In this document: in pieces, positions 18,537-27,427 of the stretch
How the letters are laid out: the number at the start of each line of letters is the position of its first letter
Numbering within the stretch: position 1 is the first letter of the stretch
Source: a virus
Lineage: Duplodnaviria > Heunggongvirae > Uroviricota > Caudoviricetes
Strand: one strand, 5' to 3'
Virus record (IMG/VR): IMGVR_UViG_3300044712_002452
Coordinates: 75,336-139,335 of that record
DNA length: 64,000 bases
The notes under the pieces: generated by a model
Told to the model about the DNA's origin: nothing
The model's input: the letters and a program-made list of their open reading frames with translations, nothing else
Databases searched by the model: none
Made by a program: the position numbers and the translations under genes

Positions 18537-19126
18537 GAAAAAAATGGACTTTGGGTGTTTTTTAAAATAGTAGTCAGCGTTAAAGTGTGAACGGCTTGAA
18601 TTTTTGCGTCTTCGTACCCATTATGAATCGGTTTGGGTACATAGATTTCAGAATCGAACAAACTCGTCAGTGTTCGGTAACACATTTCGTTTCTAAATTC
18701 CCATGGAAGCGGTTGATCCGGCTGATATTTATCGTAGTACGATTTCAATAAGCGTAAATCGAAACTGGGTGATTTAGCCCATAAATAAGTTGATTCCATC
18801 GGGTGCATATTTAAAAATGCCCGAAATTCCGATAGCTGCAAATTATTCACATTGGATATATGCAGGGATTCAAGATATTCTTCTTTGAGCTTTTTGGCAT
18901 CTTTACCAATCCACCAAGCTAAGGTATCCAAACCCATAGTAAAACCATCTTTAAGGCTTTCCCGAACATTGAGTTTTCGATTAAAATTCGCTATCGGGTC
19001 CAGTTTGTTTTCTTTGATAGAAAATCCAACTGCCCCAATTTCAGTAATAATGGCTCCAGGTTTGTTGTCCAAAGTTTCAATGTCTACCATGATATGGTGA
19101 CCTTCCAAAAGTTTTTTACTTAGCAT
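18533..19126 (-). CDS. DEDD-family 3'-5' exonuclease (DnaQ-like)
   Basis: Exo I IMVDIETLD and Exo III H-x4-D, HNGYEDAK. Confidence 0.6.
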   Translation of the reverse strand: MLSKKLLEGHHIMVDIETLDNKPGAIITEIGAVGFSIKENKLDPIANFNRKLNVRESLKDGFTMGLDTLAWWIGKDAKKLKEEYLESLHISNVNNLQLSEFRAFLNMHPMESTYLWAKSPSFDLRLLKSYYDKYQPDQPLPWEFRNEMCYRTLTSLFDSEIYVPKPIHNGYEDAKIQAVHTLTLTTILKNTQSPFFS

Positions 19127-19743
19127 GATTGGTGTTGATTTAAAAGAATTTGTTGAACGTTTTCAGGTAATTCGTGTGGATACTGACCGTCTAAGATTCG
19201 TTGATACATATCGGCCAGCGGACTAATAATGGATTTACTGTCTTTGTCGTGTCGTAGTATAAAATACTGCGAACAATGACTAAAAGCAAAATCTTCCTGC
19301 GTTTTGATTTCCAGATACCAGGCTGTAGCCAGTAAAATGATATCCCATTCTACCATAGAGGTAAACATGGTAAAAAAGCTTTGAAAGGTTTTTTTGAGAA
19401 TCAGCGCCGGCTGCCGAGCATATTTACCACTGTCCAATAATTTTGCAGGCCACATCATCCGATAATATTCAATTAAAGCATCTGGAATTTCAATATCCGA
19501 AGGTTTCTTAGCTTTTGGCTTTTTGACTTTAATAGGCGGTGCCGGGAAGAGCTGACTTAACGCCAACTCCCCCTGTTCCGTAATGGAAGCACCTTGCATC
19601 AGACCCTTGTTTACCAAGGCGGCATACTCTTTATTAATGTCAATATCTAAGGGTTGAACTCTTTCTTTATAACACAACATCAGATAAATCTGGTTGGGTG
19701 TTAATTTGAAGGGTTTCGCACTTAGCAGAAATTTCTTTAGCAT
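19120..19743 (-). CDS. hypothetical protein
   Basis: 207 aa. Start uncertain; it may be the internal Met near 19680. Confidence 0.4.
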   Translation of the reverse strand: MLKKFLLSAKPFKLTPNQIYLMLCYKERVQPLDIDINKEYAALVNKGLMQGASITEQGELALSQLFPAPPIKVKKPKAKKPSDIEIPDALIEYYRMMWPAKLLDSGKYARQPALILKKTFQSFFTMFTSMVEWDIILLATAWYLEIKTQEDFAFSHCSQYFILRHDKDSKSIISPLADMYQRILDGQYPHELPENVQQILLNQHQSC

Positions 19744-20344
19744 ACAGGATTTCCAACTCTGTTAAGATTCTTTCGTAGATATTTTGGATAATAGGCTCTT
19801 CTTGGATCCAATCAGACCCAATCTGTAAATTGTGAATAACGGTACTGTGATCCCGGGGTTTCCGAAAGGAATTACCCAATTCTTTGAGTGAAGTAACCGA
19901 ACTGTACGTATGCGCAATCATAGCAAAACAATAGCGATAGTACAGGTATTCTCTTTCCCGATTGTAAGCCGTGACCATAATAGGGTTCAATCCATCTTGT
20001 GCAGCAATTTTTTCAACGATATCTCGAACTTGTTTGACCGGAAAGTGTTTTCTCGGTAATTCGGTCATTTTGTACCAAACTTCAGGGGCAATTCCGACTT
20101 TTTCAAAGAAAGCTTTTTTAAATTCACGGATCATTTTATCCGCCATGATGCGCTGATATTCACGGACTTCAGCCAGTTCAATATTGGTCAATTTGTCGGG
20201 ATCCGTTTTGAGTTTTTTAAACGAAAGCTCGTATTTAGGAATTCGTTCTTCTCGAGCCATTTTTACTTGATCCTGATAGTTTTGTCGTTGGTACCCTCTT
20301 CCGGGTACAAAAACCCGTTTTTTTCGTGTTCGGTGTAAGGTCAT
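19667..20344 (-). CDS. DnaA C-terminal (domain IV) DNA-binding domain homolog
   Basis: REYLYYRYCFAMIAHTYSSVTSLKELGNSFRKPRDHSTVIHN aligns with E. coli DnaA domain IV, R..ARQ.AMAL....[20 protein letters not shown]. ATG at 20344 verified; the promoter motif at 20391-20401 lies upstream. Confidence 0.6.
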   Translation of the reverse strand: MTLHRTRKKRVFVPGRGYQRQNYQDQVKMAREERIPKYELSFKKLKTDPDKLTNIELAEVREYQRIMADKMIREFKKAFFEKVGIAPEVWYKMTELPRKHFPVKQVRDIVEKIAAQDGLNPIMVTAYNREREYLYYRYCFAMIAHTYSSVTSLKELGNSFRKPRDHSTVIHNLQIGSDWIQEEPIIQNIYERILTELEILYAKEISAKCETLQINTQPDLSDVVL

Positions 20345-20390
20345 GGGGCATATTTTACTGATTGATAGATTAATTTTGTATATTTTATTA

Positions 20391-20425
20391 AGTCTACAAA
20401 TGTAACGGGTTATATTTGTAGAATT
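20391..20425. promoter_or_regulatory. divergent promoter pair carrying TTTGTAGA motif in both orientations
   Basis: AGTCTACAAATG faces the minus gene whose start is 20344. TATATTTGTAGAATT faces the plus gene whose start is 20466. TATATTTG matches the Bacteroidetes -7 element TAnnTTTG. Confidence 0.55.
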
Positions 20426-20465
20426 ATTTTTTTCACTTATTTTTTTTTGTCCAATACCTAATTCT

Positions 20466-20798
20466 ATGAGCGTGAATAACTTAACTGGATTTAAAGCTTG
20501 GTTGACTCCGGTTATCGGAAGTGTACTGTGGTTTTTTATTTGGAGAGATTTATCAGAGCTACGCAGCGATGTAAAAATTCTCTTAGAAAACAAAACCGAA
20601 TCCAGTGGAGAGATTAAAATACTCAAAGAAGATATGCAGCGGGTAAAGGACCGATTGTGGTACAATCCTTCTTCACAAACCCCAGTTTCACAGACGGCTT
20701 TTATCAATACACCCGATAATGCGCGTCAAAAAGGGCCTATGTATCCAAAATGTCGCAAAGGCTATGCGGCATTCATCCATAAAGAAGATGAAGATTAA
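20466..20798 (+). CDS. membrane protein, first gene of lysis cassette (holin-like candidate)
   Basis: N-terminal TM VIGSVLWFFIW. Sits directly upstream of spanin and lysozyme. The promoter motif TATATTTGTAGAATT lies 45 nt upstream. Confidence 0.4.
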   Translation: MSVNNLTGFKAWLTPVIGSVLWFFIWRDLSELRSDVKILLENKTESSGEIKILKEDMQRVKDRLWYNPSSQTPVSQTAFINTPDNARQKGPMYPKCRKGYAAFIHKEDED

Positions 20799-20818
20799 TC
20801 CTTATAAATCAATCAACT

Positions 20819-21478
20819 ATGAAAACCATTCAATTATTTAAGTCTACTTTGAAAACCACTATTCCCAATCTGATGATTGGGCTTTCACTTTTAATGTTTG
20901 CTCTATGGGTACTGGCATCCGGGTGTCAAACGGCTGTAAAAAAAGTTTTGCGGGATCCTGAAAAGTTCAATCAAGTCGCAGATGAAGTGTTTCGTAGGGG
21001 TTTATGCGTCAATGATACGATCGTAACCTACGATACTTCTGGCTACCGAGTGGTTTTTGACACGATTTATACAATTTCTGATACAGGTAGGATTTCTTTA
21101 GAAGGGTTTATTCCAATGATTAACACGGATTCAAGAGATTTTATGAAGCCTGGGGAATTACTTTACAAGCCGGCGGCTACTCCAAAACCGGTTATTCGAA
21201 CCGTTTATCGAGATCGTGATATTATTAAAACACTGACAGTCAAAGACCAAAAAGAACTGGAAACCGCTAAAAAAGACCATGCTAAAGAAATATCCGTGTT
21301 AGAAAAGCGAAAAAATGCCGAGATCAACGCTTTAACGGCAGAACTCAAGCATGTGCGCGGGGTACTCCGAAAGACATCGCTGGTATTATATCCTTTGCTG
21401 ATACTTATATTGATTTGGGGCGGTATTCGGCTTTATCGATTTATTGCTAAGCTGAGCATTCCGGTACCTTTCATTTAA
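20819..21478 (+). CDS. unimolecular-spanin-like lipoprotein
   Basis: Signal peptide plus lipobox LASGC at the N-terminus, and a C-terminal TM LVLYPLLILILIWGGIRLY. Located between holin-like gene and endolysin. Confidence 0.45.
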   Translation: MKTIQLFKSTLKTTIPNLMIGLSLLMFALWVLASGCQTAVKKVLRDPEKFNQVADEVFRRGLCVNDTIVTYDTSGYRVVFDTIYTISDTGRISLEGFIPMINTDSRDFMKPGELLYKPAATPKPVIRTVYRDRDIIKTLTVKDQKELETAKKDHAKEISVLEKRKNAEINALTAELKHVRGVLRKTSLVLYPLLILILIWGGIRLYRFIAKLSIPVPFI

Positions 21479-21489
21479 TACATATCCTT

Positions 21490-21954
21490 ATGAAAGCCAG
21501 TGAAAAAGGGTTAAATCTAATCAAAGAGTTCGAAGCTTTTCGATCTAAAGCCTATTTGTGCCCAGCAGGCGTACCCACCATTGGATATGGTAGCACTTTA
21601 TGGCCAGACGGTAAAAAAGTACGTTTGGGGGAAACAATCACCCTGGATGGAGCTTTAAAGCTACTGAGTATAGAAGCCACGTTCAAAGGTGCTGAAATTC
21701 TAAAATACCTGCATCCTACTCAAATCAATCAGAATCAGTTTGATGCTCTGGTTTCATTTGTATTTAATGTAGGGGTGAAGAATTTTCAAATTTCAAACTT
21801 GGCTCAAAAAGTCAAGAAGAATCCGAACAATCCGCTTATTCGGAATGAATTCATGCGCTGGAATAAACATCGGGATCCTAAAACCCGCCAACGTATAGTA
21901 AGTCGGGGGTTAACTCGCCGGCGAGGGCGAGAAGCCGATTTATACTTCAGTTGA
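21490..21954 (+). CDS. endolysin, T4-type lysozyme (GH24)
   Basis: GLNLIKEFEAFRSKAYLCPAGVPTIGYG matches the GH24 catalytic Glu region and the PTIGYG signature. Confidence 0.85.
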   Translation: MKASEKGLNLIKEFEAFRSKAYLCPAGVPTIGYGSTLWPDGKKVRLGETITLDGALKLLSIEATFKGAEILKYLHPTQINQNQFDALVSFVFNVGVKNFQISNLAQKVKKNPNNPLIRNEFMRWNKHRDPKTRQRIVSRGLTRRRGREADLYFS

Positions 21955-21961
21955 AAATAAA

Positions 21962-21992
21962 AATCCCCGGTGTAAAAGCCGGGGATTTTCGT
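21962..21992. terminator. bidirectional terminator between convergent lysozyme and CobT-like genes
   Basis: AAAAATCCCCGG-TGTAAAAG-CCGGGGATTTT. Confidence 0.6.
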
Positions 21993-24172
21993 TAAATCAC
22001 ATACCCATTTTTATCAATGTTTCGAATACGGTTTCCATCGAACACACAAATTTGACCTCGGGATTGATACTCTTCAACGTTTTTAAAATCGCTGAAATCA
22101 GATCCCGGTAATCCGATAAAATAAGCGTGTGGTGAATAGTAGCATAAATCACTTTCGGCATCGGTAATCACGATACTATTACGCTTGGTTCGCAAAATAT
22201 TGCGCAATACGTCATCCATATTAGTACCATAATTTCCGTCACTGACACTGATTACATTGATCAAATTGAGCTTAACCTCTCTTACATCATCACCAAAAAC
22301 GAATAGTTCTTGAATCAACTCACGTTTAAACAATTTGAATAGCAGGGTTTTGGCAAACATGATCCGCGACATACCAATCGAATGTATTTCATGCCCCATC
22401 GATCCTGAAATATCAATGTAGACATCAATTTTACCTCTTTTGAACTGTTCACGATTTTGGATATCTTCTATGAAGCCGGCGCGAAGTACGGGATGTAGAT
22501 AATGCAAATTTTGGGTATTGTGCAATCGACCTTTTTCAATGAAACCTTCGTAAACCGGTTTACTTAGAGACGAAAAGTAATTCAAAGACTTGTTGAGCAA
22601 GTTTTTGATCAAATTAACGACTTGTTTATCGTTCATTTGTATCTCTGAAAGCTGATTTACCAATTCTTTTATGTGATTTGGGTCATAGGTTTTCAATTCT
22701 TGTGCGGCAGAACGAACAGTATTTGAACCTATATTTTTAAAGGATTCATCCAAATCCGATTTATCATGCATCTTAGATATGTTCTTAAATTCTTCTTTAA
22801 GATCATTATCCAGTTTTTCAAACAAAGGCTTTACAATCGGATTATTTATAAACTCATCCAAAGATTTTGAAAACGGATCAATTAAATCGTTACCCAAACC
22901 CTGGCCCGATTGTTCAGCTTGATTATCAGCGGGTGAATCTCCCATTTCATGAGGATTTGTATCGGCATCTTCACTGTCACCTTCTTGATCGCCGTCTCCG
23001 GTTTGTGTAGAATCACCTGAATCACCAGAATCACCTGAATCATCATCAGACCCATCATCAGAAGCATTATCAGATTCCTCATCGTAGTCATCATTGACGT
23101 CTTCATCGGAGTTTCCGTCAGCATCGGTATCTGAACTATCGTTACTTTGATCGTTTTGATCTGAATCGTTTTGACCAGGTAAATCCATTTCAATCGGGTC
23201 TTCACCATCACCGTCCGATTCATCGAAATCATCAAAATCCATTTGCATTTCGCTTTCAGAATCCCGGCTTTCGTCTCCATCTTCGCCCGGTTGATCAGAT
23301 TCACCGTTTTCATCGGATGGATTTGAAGAATCTGAAGTATCTGCAGGCATCTGATTATCCAAACCGTCTTGTGAGTCATTTGAATTCGATTGATGATCGC
23401 CGGAATCATCATTTTTTGACGTTTCCTCAGAATCATTGTCCGATGAATCATCGGATTGAGGTTTGGGTTGTTTAGGATTAGACTCTTGCGCTTTTTTTTG
23501 TTTTTCTAGTTTCCGAATTTCTTTTTTTGCTTTGTCTTTTGCCTTTTCTACACTTTCATCCGATATATTCTTGTTTTCTTTGATTTTTTTCAATAATTCT
23601 TTGATTTCTTCAGCTAAGTCTTGATTAGATTGACTTATAGACTCATCCAATTGAATCAAGGATATAAAAAACTTCAGATAAGTAGTTTTTACTGAAAAAA
23701 GTGAGAACAAGCTATTCGAATGGGTCATGATTTTCAAACTGGGCTCATTCATTTTCTGAAGAAAACTAAAAGCTGCTTGATTGGTTGGACATCGATTGGC
23801 AAAATGCATATTGGAAAGCTTGTTGTAAAACATATTCCACATATCATAGTGAAATGAGTTTTGAAAGCTTTTTTCGTATAAAACTCCAATTTGATTCACT
23901 TTTTTTTTTATTCTCGCACTGTTTTCTTGGGGAAAAATTTTTGTTAAATCATTAAGCAACAAACCTTCGTAATTGCGAAAATAACTGTCTAACCCTTTTT
24001 GAATACTTTTTCGCACCATTATGCCGGGAGCAGGTCTAACCAACTGTGGATTTAGATCCGCTTTCATTCGAATGCGACTCATGAAATCAAATGTTTTGAC
24101 TTGATGAATCGGTTCGTTTTCAATCAAACTTTGATTGTTAAGTTTGGATTTAATTAATGCCGTTGTTGTCAT
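21992..24172 (-). CDS. vWA-domain protein, CobT-like, with long acidic low-complexity tract
   Basis: C-terminal MIDAS motif DISGSM (vWA). Central region of about 200 aa is mostly D/E/S/N. The start is probably the internal Met MTTTALIK, because ORF start 24208 lies inside a terminator hairpin. Confidence 0.55.
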   Translation of the reverse strand: MTTTALIKSKLNNQSLIENEPIHQVKTFDFMSRIRMKADLNPQLVRPAPGIMVRKSIQKGLDSYFRNYEGLLLNDLTKIFPQENSARIKKKVNQIGVLYEKSFQNSFHYDMWNMFYNKLSNMHFANRCPTNQAAFSFLQKMNEPSLKIMTHSNSLFSLFSVKTTYLKFFISLIQLDESISQSNQDLAEEIKELLKKIKENKNISDESVEKAKDKAKKEIRKLEKQKKAQESNPKQPKPQSDDSSDNDSEETSKNDDSGDHQSNSNDSQDGLDNQMPADTSDSSNPSDENGESDQPGEDGDESRDSESEMQMDFDDFDESDGDGEDPIEMDLPGQNDSDQNDQSNDSSDTDADGNSDEDVNDDYDEESDNASDDGSDDDSGDSGDSGDSTQTGDGDQEGDSEDADTNPHEMGDSPADNQAEQSGQGLGNDLIDPFSKSLDEFINNPIVKPLFEKLDNDLKEEFKNISKMHDKSDLDESFKNIGSNTVRSAAQELKTYDPNHIKELVNQLSEIQMNDKQVVNLIKNLLNKSLNYFSSLSKPVYEGFIEKGRLHNTQNLHYLHPVLRAGFIEDIQNREQFKRGKIDVYIDISGSMGHEIHSIGMSRIMFAKTLLFKLFKRELIQELFVFGDDVREVKLNLINVISVSDGNYGTNMDDVLRNILRTKRNSIVITDAESDLCYYSPHAYFIGLPGSDFSDFKNVEEYQSRGQICVFDGNRIRNIDKNGYVI

Positions 24173-24232
24173 TTTACAATAGTTGAAAAAAGAGCCGATT
24201 GAACTCAATCGGCTCTTTTATGTGATTGATTA

Positions 24233-25375
24233 TTAAACCGTAAACTGATCCGGTACATGGTTTACACCAACTTGTAGCTTACTGGCCATTTCATCGGCAA
24301 TTTTGCTGACATACAGAGCAATCTCATCTACTTCTTCTTCTGTGATGCTGTTGCTAAACTTCAACTTTTGAATTTCATCACCGATTTTAGTAAATTCAAG
24401 ATTTAGCTCTTCCTGGGTTTTGAACGTATAGATCATTTCAGCCATTTGCATCAGCTTCTTCATAGAAGCGCTGTACAAATCATCCACAATTTGAGTGGCG
24501 GCTTCTTTATTGATCATGATCTCGGTCGTTTTTACCACGGCATCTCGCATGGAACAAGACCAAATTTTGGCGATATTCCGTATCAAAGTAGGGGTATAGG
24601 TAAGCGTTCGATCCGAGCAATGATCATATCCGACCTTCAAAAAAGCTTTCAAGTGATCTTTTTGCAATTTTTGATTCACTTCGGTTTTATTGGGTACACC
24701 TAAAATAAAGTGATTTCGATTGCTGCGATCACCGTTCAGCAGGTATTTTTCCATGACATCTTCGTTCAGGCGCTCTACATTGTATTTGAGCACAAATCGA
24801 TCCCAAAACGGATTTTTGCCATCCGATTCATCCGCCGGAATTTCATTGACTGCCGCGACAAAGAGTTTCCATTTACAAGGTATTTTGTCTTTACCGTTGA
24901 AAAGAAAACGTTCGTTCATAACGCCCAGCAGCGCATTTCTGATTTCACTGCTACCTTTATCGATCTCATTGATCACAATTACTTCGGCTTCTGTGATAGG
25001 AGCCAAATGTTGAAACTTGTTTTCGGTCAGCAATTTTTCCAAATCGATCGTACCTTTTACGGCACTTTGATTGGTACCTTCATCAGTTTCCAGAATAAAC
25101 ACGGATTTATTAAACCCCCGCATGGCATTTTCTATGGCCGGCCGGTCAACCGGATTGATGCCGCGTAAAGCATAAGATTTAGCGTAATCCAAAATGGCCC
25201 GGGTTTTAGCGGTTCCCGGATCACCAATTAGTAACAAAGGTAAAGAACAGGCTTCAGCTAAAGCCAACATGCGAAATACTTCTTCTTTACCAACCAGGTT
25301 CGAGTGTATGCTACGCATATCCTGAACGGGTTCTGAAGTCAAAATAGTGGGTTTTGGTGCGATTGTTTCTTGCAT
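24233..25375 (-). CDS. MoxR-family AAA+ ATPase, CobS-like
   Basis: Walker A LLLIGDPGTAKT, Walker B VIVINEID. 380 aa. Confidence 0.65.
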   Translation of the reverse strand: MQETIAPKPTILTSEPVQDMRSIHSNLVGKEEVFRMLALAEACSLPLLLIGDPGTAKTRAILDYAKSYALRGINPVDRPAIENAMRGFNKSVFILETDEGTNQSAVKGTIDLEKLLTENKFQHLAPITEAEVIVINEIDKGSSEIRNALLGVMNERFLFNGKDKIPCKWKLFVAAVNEIPADESDGKNPFWDRFVLKYNVERLNEDVMEKYLLNGDRSNRNHFILGVPNKTEVNQKLQKDHLKAFLKVGYDHCSDRTLTYTPTLIRNIAKIWSCSMRDAVVKTTEIMINKEAATQIVDDLYSASMKKLMQMAEMIYTFKTQEELNLEFTKIGDEIQKLKFSNSITEEEVDEIALYVSKIADEMASKLQVGVNHVPDQFTV

Positions 25376-25395
25376 TTTTCTTTTTTTATGAACGT

Positions 25396-25875
25396 TTACA
25401 GTAATTCAAATCCTTCGATTTCACCCTGATCGGTATCGTCTTGGGAAGGTGTGCCCGCAATAGGCGGAAGGAAACCGGAATTTTCATTTGAATTTTCAGG
25501 CGATAGATCAGTTTCCAAATTCGCTTGTTTAGCTTCGATATCCGGCAGTTGTTCGGTATGGGCACTGAGATCCACCTCATCCAAAGCTTTAGCGCTACGT
25601 TTAGTGCCTTGTGTAACAATGGTCGGTTTATCGATTTCTGTGGGTTTGATTTCTTCCAATCCATTAGAAGGGGTATCATCCACCAACAAAAATTTGACTT
25701 CCGCGGGTTTCAGGTCTTTAAGCAAGGGATGACTAAAGAAGATTTTGGCTTCTTTATCGGTCATTCCGTACTTTTTCTGGATGCTGCCAAAGCCGACATC
25801 ATCTTGTTGAAATTTTACCATGCCGGCTTCTAAGTCCGATACGATCTGACTGAGGGTAATTTTAATTTGAGCCAT
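25396..25875 (-). CDS. hypothetical protein with acidic C-terminal tail ending EGFELL
   Basis: ATG at 25875 verified (MAQIKITL). The ORF-track start 26076 overlaps the upstream gene. The C-terminus shares the FELL tip with the 14417..15304 protein. Confidence 0.45.
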   Translation of the reverse strand: MAQIKITLSQIVSDLEAGMVKFQQDDVGFGSIQKKYGMTDKEAKIFFSHPLLKDLKPAEVKFLLVDDTPSNGLEEIKPTEIDKPTIVTQGTKRSAKALDEVDLSAHTEQLPDIEAKQANLETDLSPENSNENSGFLPPIAGTPSQDDTDQGEIEGFELL

Positions 25876-25903
25876 GATTGTTTCTTTGGTTTTGAACGTG
25901 TGA

Positions 25904-26704
25904 TTAAATAGCAGGAGCTGAAGCTGGTTGATAGAAGCTGATCGCGCTGAAGGGGTCTTTGCTGATGAGCTGTTCGTTGATTCGGGTAAATAATCGGTCC
26001 GGGTTCCAGCCACTATTTGCATAAGTTGCTCCAACGAGTGGGTGTGTTCGAGTAAAGACGGTGTGCTTGGTTTCATCGATGTACACAGTTAATGTTTGCG
26101 CTTTAGCCCCCAGGAAAACGAAAATCAATCCGTCTTTCCGGCTTGAAAGCTCATGTAATAAATAGGCGATAAAAGGCTGCCAGATTTCGGCATGGGTGTG
26201 GTGTTTACCGATTTCTACCGTCAATGGATAATTTAACAGTAACACGCCTTGTTTTGCCAAATAAGTCAAATCTTGAGCATACTTAAACTCTTCTTCCGGA
26301 ATGATTTCGCCCAAAGCGTCTGTACGAACGCCCATCATAAATTGCTGCAGGGCCAAATGAGGTTCATTTTCAGGAAAATTGCTGCAGCTAAAAAGCATAC
26401 CGTCCGACTGATTGGGTAAATTATAGGGGTCGTTTCCAACAATTACCACCTTGAGTTGGTCGATCGGACAGTTTTCAAAAGCTGCAAAAGTGGTTTTTAA
26501 AGGCGGCGTAAACCGTTTTCCACTCACAGACAAAGACTGCAGAGATTTCAAAATTTGAACCATTTCATCACTGAAAAGGAACGTTTTCAAGAAATCCCGC
26601 CATCCGGAAGCCGTTAGTTTATCAGCTAATTTGGCAGCTATGTCTTTAAAATACTGCGGATTGGTGCTAGGCGCGGCGGGCGCTACGGGAGTTTGTGTCT
26701 TCAT
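25904..26704 (-). CDS. uracil-DNA glycosylase superfamily protein (family-1-like)
   Basis: VVIVGNDPY...SDG resembles the UNG GQDPYH water-activating loop. THPLVGA resembles HPSPLS. Confidence 0.5.
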   Translation of the reverse strand: MKTQTPVAPAAPSTNPQYFKDIAAKLADKLTASGWRDFLKTFLFSDEMVQILKSLQSLSVSGKRFTPPLKTTFAAFENCPIDQLKVVIVGNDPYNLPNQSDGMLFSCSNFPENEPHLALQQFMMGVRTDALGEIIPEEEFKYAQDLTYLAKQGVLLLNYPLTVEIGKHHTHAEIWQPFIAYLLHELSSRKDGLIFVFLGAKAQTLTVYIDETKHTVFTRTHPLVGATYANSGWNPDRLFTRINEQLISKDPFSAISFYQPASAPAI

Positions 26705-26710
26705 TTTTTA

Positions 26711-26727
26711 TTTATATTTGTAGAATT
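26711..26727 (+). promoter_or_regulatory. promoter, TATATTTGTAGAATT
   Basis: 27 nt upstream of the ATG at 26743. A TTTG lies about 18 nt further upstream. Confidence 0.5.
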
Positions 26728-26742
26728 AACAAAACGATTAAT

Positions 26743-27081
26743 ATGTCTACTGTACAAGTGATTAAACCGGAAACCATCTTATCTGTAGAGATTTCTGGCT
26801 ATATGTTGCAAAAACTGCAAGGGAACTTATTGAGCTTCTATAATGCTTTACCTGCTGAAAAACAAAAGGCTCTTCAAGAGATTCTTTCAGATGAAAAACG
26901 CATTTTAGAAGACCAAGATGAAACGCTGGATATAGCGGTCAATTTGATGGCCATCATTACGGCAGCCGAAGAATATGCTCGTGAAAAAGGATTAATTGTA
27001 GAAGAAGAATTTATCATTCCTGACCCAGAATTGGAAAACTCCGATTTGAAACAAAATCCATCCACTGTTGAACAATCGTAA
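26743..27081 (+). CDS. hypothetical protein
   Basis: Start MSTVQV, 27 nt downstream of the TATATTTGTAGAATT promoter motif. Confidence 0.45.
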   Translation: MSTVQVIKPETILSVEISGYMLQKLQGNLLSFYNALPAEKQKALQEILSDEKRILEDQDETLDIAVNLMAIITAAEEYAREKGLIVEEEFIIPDPELENSDLKQNPSTVEQS

Positions 27082-27418
27082 TCATCATTGAAATTTGTTC
27101 TTTTGAACAGTTTTTAAACGATACTAATTCTTCATCACCGGTTTGATTGATTTCAATTAACCCGGTCCTTTTTTTCAACTCTTCTTTGATATCTTCTACT
27201 GAATTACCGGTTTCCATTGATAACTCACGGATGCTTTTGTACAACTTGTTAATGTGAGCCCTGGAAACATTTGAACCGGTAGATAATTGCATATTTACTT
27301 CAACTTGATCCCCCAGCGATAAAGCCTTTTTGAACGCATCATAAAGGACTTTATCTTTGGGGGTTTCAGGCACCATTCCGATATCCGTCTTCTTCATTTT
27401 GAATGTAACTTTTGACAT
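27014..27418 (-). CDS. hypothetical protein
   Basis: 134 aa. Its 3' end overlaps the convergent plus-strand gene by about 68 nt. Confidence 0.4.
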   Translation of the reverse strand: MSKVTFKMKKTDIGMVPETPKDKVLYDAFKKALSLGDQVEVNMQLSTGSNVSRAHINKLYKSIRELSMETGNSVEDIKEELKKRTGLIEINQTGDEELVSFKNCSKEQISMMITIVQQWMDFVSNRSFPILGQE

Positions 27419-27427
27419 CGTGTGGTT

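Noticed and set aside
22882-23451. 189-aa ORF inside the CobT-like gene
   Set aside because: Out-of-frame reading of the GA-rich acidic tract with implausible composition. Nested entirely within a motif-supported gene.
24446-25168. Plus-strand ORFs inside the CobS-like gene
   Set aside because: Nested antisense to a gene with clear Walker A/B motifs.
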